In this document: piece after piece, positions 48,701 through 56,286 of the stretch
How the letters are laid out: each line of letters begins with the position of its first letter
Position numbering within the stretch: position 1 is the first letter of the stretch
Assembly (NCBI GenBank): GCA_964636285.1
Contig: CAZWQF010000004.1
Location: 67,666-131,665, forward strand
DNA from: an uncultured Candidatus Saccharibacteria bacterium
Lineage (GTDB): Bacteria > Patescibacteriota > WWE3 > UBA101185 > 2-01-FULL-41-18
DNA length: 64,000 nucleotides
Direction: 5' to 3'
Translations under genes and position numbers: made by a program
Notes under the pieces: model-generated
Databases searched by the model: none
Told to the model about the DNA's origin: nothing
Seen by the model: only the letters and a program-made list of their open reading frames with translations

Positions 48701-51700
48701 AAACAGCTCCAACTATTTCCACATCTCCGGGCGCACTCTTTGTTCTTGAGAGAGCGTCAGTAGTAGATGATCAAGGAGATGTTCTGTACGTTGGACATTC
48801 GTTGGGATTGTCCGAACTACACCTTGGAAATACAGTATCCGCAACTGCAGTAGGATGGGCAAAATACTACACAATAGACGGTTCTTATCAGTACCTATCC
48901 GGAAACATAAGGGGAGCTTTTGCTATGAATGGGGCTTCAGGAGATATTACGGATCTTTCAATGAGAAATAATGTTCTGGATGTTAAAAACTCCCCTACTT
49001 ATGGTGTTGCAGGAGTACGCGGAAAAGCTATGTCATTTAATGGGACCAACCAGTATGCGTGTTCGGACACCAATAACGACGGCACTTGCGATCTGGATGC
49101 AGATTTCAGCCCTGCGGCTGTTTCATTTCATATTGAAGCCTGGTTCAAACACTCAACGGCTATATCAGGGACTGACGTTCTCATTGACCACACCTATACC
49201 ACAGCGCCAGCATACGCTGGAGGCTATAGAATTTTCATGAATGCATCAGGACAGATGGTATTTGGAATAGACGATGATGCTACTGCGTGGGGAGATGATG
49301 ATGTTGTGACATCTACCCAAACATATAACGATAATCAGTGGCACCACCTTGTTGCTGTAAACACAGACACTGGAATTTGTTTGTACATAGATGGCAAGCT
49401 GGCCGTAGCTTGTGACACCTCTTTACTTGCTACTGCCACACTTACAATTGCAAATGTGGTGCTTGGAGTTGGTGCTGATTGTTCTGTAGGGGCAAACTGC
49501 TCCACAGGCGCAAACTTTTGGACTGGGGAAATTGATGATGTAAACATATCTATGGGCGGATCCACAACATCGGATTCACTAACACAAGCACAAGTCAGGA
49601 AAAAATATCTTGAGGGCAGAGCAGCGCTATCTAGACCCCTGGTACAGGTTACGGATGCAACAACGGCTTCTTCTACAACTATTGGAGATTCAGCAGAAAC
49701 CTGGATTCCAAATCAGCTCTCAGGTTCTGTAGTTGAGATCACTCAAGGCACGGGAGTTGGTCAAACAAGGAGAGTTGTCTCAAATACGGCTACTACACTT
49801 ACAGTCACACCTGCATTTACAACCACACCAGATACCACCTCTGATTTTGAAATCGTACCCGAACAGCTCTACGGAGCAACAAACACAGTTACTTCGATTG
49901 CAGTTCAGGATACTGACGTGCTTGGGTACGGAAAGACACTAATGGTTGGAACAAATAATGGTTCAGACGGTGGAGGTGTGACGATATTTGGTGGACAAGG
50001 CCATGCATATATCACGGATGTTTACCACGCAGATGCAGGAAAAACCGATGATAATGCCGCAACATATTCCGGAACAGACTACGACGATATAACTGCTGTA
50101 GCTGCTAAGTCAGGGGTAAGGGTTGTAGGTAATCTGGCTGGGTTCTGGACAGAAACAGATAACAAAGAATACGAAGCAAACATAGACAGAATTATGAATG
50201 AGATTACAAACATGAAGCAGGAACTTCTGGTTGATGGTATTACGGGTACATCAACAGAGACCGGACTTATGGGAGGAGCGGATCTTGCTGAGTACTACTA
50301 CTCCACCGAGCTACTTGAGGCAGGAGAAGTTGTGGCAATAGATAAAACTTTGAATGCAGGAGTTAAAAGATCCAGCACAGCCTACCAAACTGATGTAATA
50401 GGCATTGTTGCTACGTACCCAGGAATTATTCTTGGCACTAAAACTGATAATTCATTTCCTATCGCTTTATCTGGAAGAGTGCCAGTAAAAGTGAGTATTG
50501 AGAACGGTATAATTTTGGCAGGAGATAGATTAACAGCGTCAAGTGTACCAGGGCATGCTATGAGAACAGATACTGCAGGTAGAGTTATAGGGGTTGCAAT
50601 TGAAGACATGAGCCTTGATTCTCTTAGTGCCTGCGTGGATAACAACGGCCAGCCAATTACAAACTCGCAAGGTGAGGTCAAAAAGTGCGGAACAATAACA
50701 GCTTTTGTAAACCTTTCGGATTACAATAAAAATTCAGACGACACATTACTTAGTAGCTGGTACCAACAGCAAGCTGCAACTGAGCTCTACACAAAACTTT
50801 ACGAATCAGAGAGCGCAAATCAGGAGAGTACAGAATCAGCAACAATTCAAAGCTGTATTGACAACAACTGCACAGATAACGCGCTAGCAAGGCAAAGAAC
50901 AAAAGTTAAAGAGATACTTTCTATACTCAAAAATGCCAGTGAGGCCGGTGAGAAAGAAGGAACCATGTCTGCTCTCACAAAGCTACCTGAACTGCTAGCC
51001 AAAAAAATAACTGCAAGTCAAGAAATTATCACTCCTCTACTCTCTTCGCTTGTTGTGAACTCTGAAGAAGTAAACTCGGTAAAAATTAAGTCTGACTACT
51101 TGGAGGCTGGTTCACTTAAAACAGATTCGATTCAAGCAAATAATAAGGACATTAAGATCAACGTAGCCGAGGATGGAAAGGTGATTCTTTTTGGCACTGA
51201 TTCAAATGGCAAACCAAAAGACATTATCACTTTTGATCAATATGGAAACGCAAGTTTTAACGGCGACATAACCGCTGGAACAATCACCGCCGACAAAATC
51301 AAAGCAAATCAGATAGAAGGCATGGAGATTGTTACGGACAAGCTATCTTCGATCTCCAAAGAGCTCTCAGTGCTCTCAAAACAGTCCTCAGAGAGCGCTT
51401 TTATTAATCCTGAAGATCCTGAGGGAACTCTAATAAAAGGCATCAAGATAGGCGCCCTAGAGGCTCAGACGGCCAAGGTTATAGACATCACTGCTCTTGG
51501 AAAGATGTTCGTTAAAAAATCTTTGACTGTGGATGGACCTGCAACGTTTAAGGCAAATACTTTCTTTGAAAAACTTGCCGTCTTTATTAACAAAGTAATC
51601 TTTAAAAACGAAGTAATTTTTGAACAAGTTCCTACTTTCAACAGCGATACAGCAGGCTTTGCAATTATTAAGGAAGGTGACGATAGAGTAAGAATCAAGT

Positions 51701-52224
51701 TTGAGAAGGAATATAAAGATTTGCCGGTTGTTAACGCCTCTATTGCTTTATATAAGGACGACGATGGCAAAGAGAAAGACCAGGAATTTAAAGATAGACA
51801 GGATAGGGTTTTGGATCACGAATACCCATACATTGTGAGCGAACTTTCAACTGAAGGATTCACAATTATCTTGGGCAAAGAGGCAAAGGAATCAATCAAC
51901 TTTAGCTGGGTGGCATTTGCGGTTAAAGACGCAGTAACAGCAGGCGAAGAAAAAAAGGTCAAAGATCAGGTTGAGAGGCTCTTAAATCCAGACTTTGTGA
52001 AGAAGGCACAGGAGAATGAAGACAAAGAGAATAAAGATGAAAATAAAAACGAAGTAAAAGAAGAAAAGAAAGAGGAGCCTGTAAAAGATGAGCTCAAAAA
52101 TGAGAATTCAGATTCTGGTTCTTCAAGCTCTGTGTTAGGAGCAAGCACAAACTCAAATTTTGTGGAGACTTTGTTTAACACCGGATTATCCGGCGGGAAA
52201 GAAAGCTCAAGTTCGGCAAGGTAA
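45766..52224 (+). CDS. Large (2,152 aa) exported fibre-like protein with a LamG/concanavalin-like domain and a peptidase-G2-like/chaperone-like C-terminal region
   Basis: N-terminal hydrophobic anchor/signal and INRQISFQGK; LamG IEAWFK...NDNQWHHLVAV...LYIDG...GEIDD; GADLAEYY...GRVPVKV...GVAIE. Confidence 0.8.
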   Translation: MSRTKPIYRLPLPSLITNTRALAEKHIKGLGSFYTILASVSLFFLIATTFIAFNTSLLRSANAATGINRQISFQGKVVNINGTNVTNGNYNFVFRIYTVDTGGSPIWTETRTGGNQLTVTDGIFRASLGSVTSLPGSIDFNTDNIYLSVEFNTTDGTNEMSPRIRFSAVPYAINAEKVSGLTVTNTTGTLTIPNSKTLSIADDFSTSGAFGLTLTTTASTNVTLPTTGTLSTLAGTEILTNKSIGSTGLVFSGATTDITTATDEDFTVTVNGTGDYIINTDADTQFRLAGLANCDSIDTDASGNLACGTDAGASSSPFNTAVGVIDKATLGDRLRLRYGDVADTQLEIENTFLGSAPTADAMVIDLTGGASGIVTNGVDALSISAEFGNGTSSTNSGLNIIITPVGSPTGDETFYGLNIATLTGTSATETAVNIGAGWDTGINLNANTLVNIGDSGTDFTPTGGLTLAGALQINNTINATGTATFDGTLDANGIFTLGDGAEIGTIDTSDWDISLTGDLTGISFDANGTGNSITNIESADILDGTIAPTDLNLTTSDSPNDEDCLTFENSTTDFEWQTCQVSWNNLTAPSDNLSLSMASNTTTFTWGNATGASDMFTLTDTTNNTGTGAVFSVSTASGSTATPFEVSAQGNPAITVSSRANVGIKNINPQEALEVGNDTTRANMKIYGDILKDGYIDSTGLANVTDVFIYDTTRDSDGGAWTNGTIAQGLSWYTETKDNTSTACSITTDDRCGRSEFPKKALIISTPSAAYIFDARDNTMWMKFNQNSAGYAIGVDTNNNPTGVFALNGTVYIGMNGSAASGLYAINFTNDTLLNYDSVDRTQGDKNIANRNSAVSYATNANTAFSITDNIVNDVHGAVIFGSTTAGSPLNGGTFIAAATDSGTAVINLTAGRVIRYAGTTITNDINQVWLTRRGRLYQTNEALLQVERFNDIEADTANQTSADDIYDEQSANVPHLAKTAPTISTSPGALFVLERASVVDDQGDVLYVGHSLGLSELHLGNTVSATAVGWAKYYTIDGSYQYLSGNIRGAFAMNGASGDITDLSMRNNVLDVKNSPTYGVAGVRGKAMSFNGTNQYACSDTNNDGTCDLDADFSPAAVSFHIEAWFKHSTAISGTDVLIDHTYTTAPAYAGGYRIFMNASGQMVFGIDDDATAWGDDDVVTSTQTYNDNQWHHLVAVNTDTGICLYIDGKLAVACDTSLLATATLTIANVVLGVGADCSVGANCSTGANFWTGEIDDVNISMGGSTTSDSLTQAQVRKKYLEGRAALSRPLVQVTDATTASSTTIGDSAETWIPNQLSGSVVEITQGTGVGQTRRVVSNTATTLTVTPAFTTTPDTTSDFEIVPEQLYGATNTVTSIAVQDTDVLGYGKTLMVGTNNGSDGGGVTIFGGQGHAYITDVYHADAGKTDDNAATYSGTDYDDITAVAAKSGVRVVGNLAGFWTETDNKEYEANIDRIMNEITNMKQELLVDGITGTSTETGLMGGADLAEYYYSTELLEAGEVVAIDKTLNAGVKRSSTAYQTDVIGIVATYPGIILGTKTDNSFPIALSGRVPVKVSIENGIILAGDRLTASSVPGHAMRTDTAGRVIGVAIEDMSLDSLSACVDNNGQPITNSQGEVKKCGTITAFVNLSDYNKNSDDTLLSSWYQQQAATELYTKLYESESANQESTESATIQSCIDNNCTDNALARQRTKVKEILSILKNASEAGEKEGTMSALTKLPELLAKKITASQEIITPLLSSLVVNSEEVNSVKIKSDYLEAGSLKTDSIQANNKDIKINVAEDGKVILFGTDSNGKPKDIITFDQYGNASFNGDITAGTITADKIKANQIEGMEIVTDKLSSISKELSVLSKQSSESAFINPEDPEGTLIKGIKIGALEAQTAKVIDITALGKMFVKKSLTVDGPATFKANTFFEKLAVFINKVIFKNEVIFEQVPTFNSDTAGFAIIKEGDDRVRIKFEKEYKDLPVVNASIALYKDDDGKEKDQEFKDRQDRVLDHEYPYIVSELSTEGFTIILGKEAKESINFSWVAFAVKDAVTAGEEKKVKDQVERLLNPDFVKKAQENEDKENKDENKNEVKEEKKEEPVKDELKNENSDSGSSSSVLGASTNSNFVETLFNTGLSGGKESSSSAR

Positions 52225-52262
52225 AACTTAATATGCCCTGAAAAGGGCTCCAAAATTTAATC

Positions 52263-52301
52263 TAAGCGGCGGGTTCATCTACAACCTAACCCCGCCGCTT
52301 A
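52263..52301. terminator. Strong hairpin between convergent transcription units
   Basis: TAAGCGGCGGG...CCCGCCGCTTA, an 11-bp perfect stem. No good U tract on the expected side. Confidence 0.4.
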
Positions 52302-52559
52302 AAAAATGTACAGACTTGGGAGTTTTGAAGTGTAAGGTTAAAAATTAAATTTGATATAAGTAAATTCCGCGGGTGCAAGTCAAAGTGTTTTAAACGCAAA
52401 ACAGCCCGGCCTCCACACTCATCATTCGTAACTTTCGTCACAAAATCAAAGTTTTGGATTCCGGGCTGTCACTAGCACCTAGGCTAGATTTTTGTCATTT
52501 TTACTCAGTCACTTGGGCGGAAGTGTGAGCTCGGATGACTTCCGATTTAGAGCAAGAGA

Positions 52560-53079
52560 TCAGGCGCGGGCGGATGTACGCATGGTACGATTCCGCTTGT
52601 TGACCGACTTCTTGCTTTTGCCGCCGCCCATCTGTGGACCACCCTGACCCCCGGTGCCCTTGGCTTTCTGGCACGCGGCGGCGCGGTTCTGCTGGCGGGC
52701 CTTGCGAGCGGCCTCTTTCTGGTTCCGAACACGATTCGCCTCGGCTTTATCCTGTTGCGAAGCGCCCTGCGTAGCGTATTGGACAAACGCCTTGGTGGCA
52801 AGTTCAACAGCGGTCTTGCGGTTGACGGCGGCGTTGCGATAGCCGATCCACTCTTCATTGGCAGCCTCTCGCGCCGCGTGGTAGCTAGCACAGGACTTGT
52901 CGCAGAAGCGGTGAACCACCTCATGAGAACCCTCTTGGACGGGGGGGAAAGACCACCCAGACAAGGAGGTACGCATGAGCACCGCAGGCGCAGCGCCCGA
53001 TCGGCTCGGGCTCCAGTTCCTTGATCGTAACCTTGCTCAAGCTCGACAAAGAAACTTCCGATGCAAAGTAGTGGGACAT
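52560..53079 (-). pseudogene. Gene of about 172 aa (putative Cys4 zinc finger plus basic tail) split by one extra base in a G7/C7 tract; frameshifted or phase-variable
   Basis: An AAGGAGG SD and the ATG at 53079 give MSHYFASE...RCACGAH...VVFPP, which stops at 52921. Removing one C from 52941-52947 joins it to VQEGSHEVVHRFCDKSC... ending at 52560. Confidence 0.7.
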
Positions 53080-53313
53080 GACTGCCTCCTTGCCTTTTTA
53101 GGGCATGAAAAAAGAACGAAAATTGAGCCACTTCTAACAACTTCTTTGTTATAACAAAGCCGTCAAAAGCGGCCCAACTTCTCTTTTTGGGAGGACTGCC
53201 CTCCCCCATTCGGTTAATAGTATTGTTGAGATTTGAAAAGCGAATAGATACAAAAAAGGGGCGTCTGCCAGCGAATGCTACGGCATCTTTATTAGAAAAT
53301 TAAAACTAAATTG

Positions 53314-53353
53314 AAAACGCCTCCGAGTTGGGATGATACCAAGTTCGGAGGCG
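53314..53353 (-). terminator. Intrinsic terminator-like hairpin
   Basis: Minus strand CGCCTCCGAACTTGG-TATCATC-CCAACTCGGAGGCG-TTTT. Confidence 0.6.
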
Positions 53354-53373
53354 CCTATGAATGCAGTCCCTGA

Positions 53374-53473
53374 TTTTATACCGGTTCGGGCTTGCTTGCC
53401 TTTCTCGCTAATACATAAAGGCAAACGAATTATTCCGGCAACCACGCCCGCGTTGTGCGAAGGTGGCTAATGA
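53374..53473 (-). ncRNA. Structured RNA motif A, copy 1
   Basis: Shares blocks with 55517-55609; the differences preserve pairing. Confidence 0.6.
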
Positions 53474-53876
53474 AGGGAAGGCAGTCTATTTTTGCACAAC
53501 CCTTTTAACATGCATCAAATTTCTAATGTTGACCCGCTTACTGCGATAATCTGCAGAAAGCCCCGTTGTAGTTAGGTCTCATCTACGCCTGATGCAGGCG
53601 AGGCAGCTAGCAAGTTCCTAAGAACCTGTTTTGCCGGAGTACTCGACACCAGTTGACGATCAAACTGTCAACTAGTCGTTGTTCCACCCACTCATCCCCT
53701 TAACCGCGCCCTTTTCTCTGCGGGATAAATCATTACGGGGATTGCGGAAGCTCTCTGGACCCTTTCCATCTAGGAACCCAGTGCAGAAAGTGAGCTTCAT
53801 TCATTAAGCCCAGAACGTACCTGGACAGGATTTACTGATCGATGGGTTGATCAGCTGCACATCCTTTTTTCCAAGG

Positions 53877-54197
53877 CTATTTCGGAGTCGACGGCAACGG
53901 CAGGTAAAGCAGAAGGTATCCGCTAACCATACCAAAGTCGTACGTCAGAACCGAAAAGCGAGTGACCACCTCAGTTGCAGCCATGACCATGTCAGCTTGC
54001 AGAATCTGCATGCGCATGGGAACTTCAAGCTGCTTCTTGGTGGGCTTAATCGCAAGGACGTAAACATCCTTACTCGCTTTGCACCAAGCAAAGCGACCAC
54101 CAAGCCTCTCACGCAGCACCCTGGCATCCTCAAACTGCTTTCCAGGCTTTTTGTGCGTGAACTCGAGCTTGCCGATCTTGAAATCCTTGGGAGGCAT
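53877..54197 (-). CDS. Small hypothetical protein (106 aa)
   Basis: ATG preceded by AGAAGGGGG; coupled to the upstream 68-aa gene. Confidence 0.65.
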   Translation of the reverse strand: MPPKDFKIGKLEFTHKKPGKQFEDARVLRERLGGRFAWCKASKDVYVLAIKPTKKQLEVPMRMQILQADMVMAATEVVTRFSVLTYDFGMVSGYLLLYLPLPSTPK

Positions 54198-54198
54198 G

Positions 54199-54405
54199 TT
54201 AATACCCCCTTCTGGATAAGAGCGAGCTCAAGAACAGGAGCCCCGCCCAAAACAACGCCACGGTGATACAAGCAAGAGGTACCGCTACCTCAAAGCTCAT
54301 ACCGTGACGGCTTGACGACAACATGGAGGCTGAAAAGACAACCACATTCACCGCCAAGACCAACATCGACGCCTTGACACGATCTTTCCAACTGTTTTTT
54401 CCCAT
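54199..54405 (-). CDS. Small two-TM membrane protein (68 aa)
   Basis: SD-like GAAAGGAAGG and two hydrophobic helices. Confidence 0.65.
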   Translation of the reverse strand: MGKNSWKDRVKASMLVLAVNVVVFSASMLSSSRHGMSFEVAVPLACITVALFWAGLLFLSSLLSRRGY

Positions 54406-54559
54406 GGTAGGGAAACCTTCCTTTCGGAATACTCATAAACGCTGTTGGAAAGCGTTTCTGAGAGGTTTATCGGATTGAAGTACTTTGATAAACCCAAATA
54501 GAACAACTCGATTCTATTTGTTATCCTATTTTGATTTACCAAGTAGCTCTCAACTTTAG

Positions 54560-54616
54560 CCTGCTTTCGTCTTGCCTTTCGGAAGACTCATCAGTACCTC
54601 TTTGAGGTAAAGCAGG
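54560..54616 (-). ncRNA. Hammerhead ribozyme (type III topology)
   Basis: Minus strand CCUGC-U-U-UACCUC-AAA-GAGGUA-CUGAUGA-GUCUU-CCGAAAGGC-AAGAC-GAAA-GCAGG: intact CUGAUGA, GAAA and UH core with three stems. Predicted cleavage between 54610 and 54609. Confidence 0.9.
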
Positions 54617-54849
54617 ACAAGACACGCGTTCGATTTAAGATTTTAGAACATAGTGTACTAAAATCCCCTGCTTGGAGGTTTTGGCTATATCTCATGAACC
54701 AGCTTGCTTCCGCATCGGGTTTCTCTCCTCTGCAACAGGCTGCACGCTTCCTTCTCTAATTGCTTAGAGCTAGTACGCTATGACCTGCGCTTCAACGGGC
54801 GAGTGTCCCTACGGAGTTTTTAACTTAGGGCTAGCCATGAGATGCGATT

Positions 54850-55158
54850 TTAGGCGATTCGAGTTACAACTTTGGCCTTGAGCTGACTCACGTCAGAGAC
54901 CGCGGTGTGTACTGTCCATCCATTCTCACGCTTGTTCTGCGCAAGAGGAACGGCCAGGTAACTTTCGCCAATCTGCAGACCACCAAAAAGCTTGGAAGTC
55001 GCAGGCACTGCACCTAAAGCCTCAACGAGGCTCTTGGTATCCGGGTGTCCCACGTAATGCGGGGTGCCGGACAAGTCTTGCGGAAAGGCTACTTCTTTAC
55101 ATTCAAAAGTGCCTCCCGTAAGAACAGTGCTGGATAGAATCGCAACATACTTAGCCAT
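54850..55158 (-). CDS. DUF1874 / AcrIII-1 / YddF-like protein (putative cyclic-oligoadenylate ring nuclease)
   Basis: 102 aa. VAILSSTVLTGGTF, YVGHPDTKSLVEALG (GHxxT), GESYLAVPL and terminal TRI parallel the DUF1874 family as recalled. GGAGG SD. Confidence 0.7.
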   Translation of the reverse strand: MAKYVAILSSTVLTGGTFECKEVAFPQDLSGTPHYVGHPDTKSLVEALGAVPATSKLFGGLQIGESYLAVPLAQNKRENGWTVHTAVSDVSQLKAKVVTRIA

Positions 55159-55384
55159 TTTTCACCTCCGTGTGGGCTGGCTAGCCCATGAAAATCCCCT
55201 ACCCGCTGGCTTTCGTTTTGGGTTACGCCTCTTTAATTACTTGAGGGAAAAACCTGCTAAAAATTCTATTACAGACTTTTCCCCCAAGTAATTATTGAGA
55301 ATATATCGAACTGCGTATCTTGCCACATAGGTTAATCTTTATTAATTTGTTGAAGATAACCTACAGAGAGAGTTGCTAAATTAG

Positions 55385-55448
55385 CTTCTTCCCTCGTTTA
55401 GCTAAAGAAACACCTACCAAGCCTTCTTTAGCTAAATGAAGAAAGAGT
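55385..55448 (-). repeat. Long-hairpin repeat B, copy 2
   Basis: 61/64 identical to 56036-56099; a long stem with a UUGGUAGGU loop. Confidence 0.85.
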
Positions 55449-55516
55449 TTGTTTAAGCGCCCCTCAGGTTATACCACTATTGGGGCGCTTAAGGATGAAC
55501 TCGTTCTATACCCTAG

Positions 55517-55609
55517 TTTTACACCGGTTCGGGTCATCTATGCCAGCAAATGATGATCGAACAATAAATTCCGGCAACCACGTTCGCCTAAGCGAAGATG
55601 GGTTAGTGA
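55517..55609 (-). ncRNA. Structured RNA motif A, copy 2
   Basis: Begins 4 nt after the stop codon of the 112-aa gene; homologous to 53374-53473. Confidence 0.6.
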
Positions 55610-55613
55610 TGCG

Positions 55614-55952
55614 CTAGGCAGGAATCAAATCCCCCCAACTCCAGCTAGAAAAGTCGGGACCATACTCCCACACCACATTCTCAAGCTGGAATTCCCACTC
55701 TCCTTGGAGCCGCCAAGCATGGATGTGCTCACATAGAATGTCGGCGGGCTCATCGTCCTCGTGCACCTCGCTCGGAAGGTGGGCAGTGCATGGCCATTTG
55801 GACGTCCCAGGATCCACAGGCTCAATCATGAACCAGTTGGCCTCTCCAAACACTGCTCTAAAAGACCTGCGCTCCAGCGTCCCCTCACAGTACACGCCTC
55901 GCGATATTTGGGTATCGTAAGGTTCCCACATTGAGATATAAACCTGAAGCAT
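55614..55952 (-). CDS. Small acidic, Trp-rich hypothetical protein (112 aa)
   Basis: AAAGGAG SD; first gene after the island promoter; CxxH and CxH pairs. Confidence 0.7.
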   Translation of the reverse strand: MLQVYISMWEPYDTQISRGVYCEGTLERRSFRAVFGEANWFMIEPVDPGTSKWPCTAHLPSEVHEDDEPADILCEHIHAWRLQGEWEFQLENVVWEYGPDFSSWSWGDLIPA

Positions 55953-56035
55953 TTAGCACTACTCCTTTCTTGGAGTTACAACCGTTATCCCGTGCTTGGA
56001 TAATGGAGGTTAGTTAGAGAAAAGAACTCTGGAAA

Positions 56036-56099
56036 CTTCTTCCCTCGTTCAGTTAAAGAAACACCTACCAAGCTTTCTTTAGCTAAATGAAGAAAGAGT
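56036..56099 (-). repeat. Long-hairpin repeat B, copy 1
   Basis: 61/64 identical to 55385-55448. Confidence 0.85.
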
Positions 56100-56158
56100 G
56101 TGCACGCCCGGCCTGACTTATATCCAATTCACGAAATTTTATTTACTAGAGTAAAACC

Positions 56159-56280
56159 AAAAAAGCCGAGGCTTTTGAGAAACCACTTTCTCCAAAATCT
56201 CGGCCTTTCCAAACTTAGAATATCACCTAGGTAATAGTTTGAGAGGTAGGTTTTGGTAGGTTTCACCTATAATCTCTTAC
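56159..56280 (-). ncRNA. Candidate leader/sRNA of about 120 nt ending in a terminator-like hairpin
   Basis: Starts just after the 56287-56315 promoter, carries tandem ACCUACC, and ends in GCCGAG...CUCGGC-UUUUUU. Confidence 0.55.
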
Positions 56281-56286
56281 ATGACA

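Noticed and set aside
52547-53209. 220-aa ORF in the track
   Set aside because: No SD. It overlaps the SD-led frameshifted gene in another frame and has shadow-frame composition.
54770-54812. SAM-I riboswitch-like AGGGAC..GCCC..UGAAGC stretch
   Set aside because: The GCAACC and GGUGC elements are missing, and it lies 3' of a gene.
53374-55609. Motif A read on the plus strand as an HDV-like ribozyme (GGCAAC...GCGAA/GCUAA) or as a c-di-GMP-I riboswitch end (GGUUGCCG)
   Set aside because: I could not build a P1/P2 pseudoknot, copy 2 lacks the catalytic C, the riboswitch 5' elements are absent, and G-U pairs favour the minus strand.
52380-56100. Integron cassette array or CRISPR array
   Set aside because: The hairpins lack RYYYAAC...GTTRRRY attC ends and there is no integrase. 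The repeats occur only twice each, without regular spacers.
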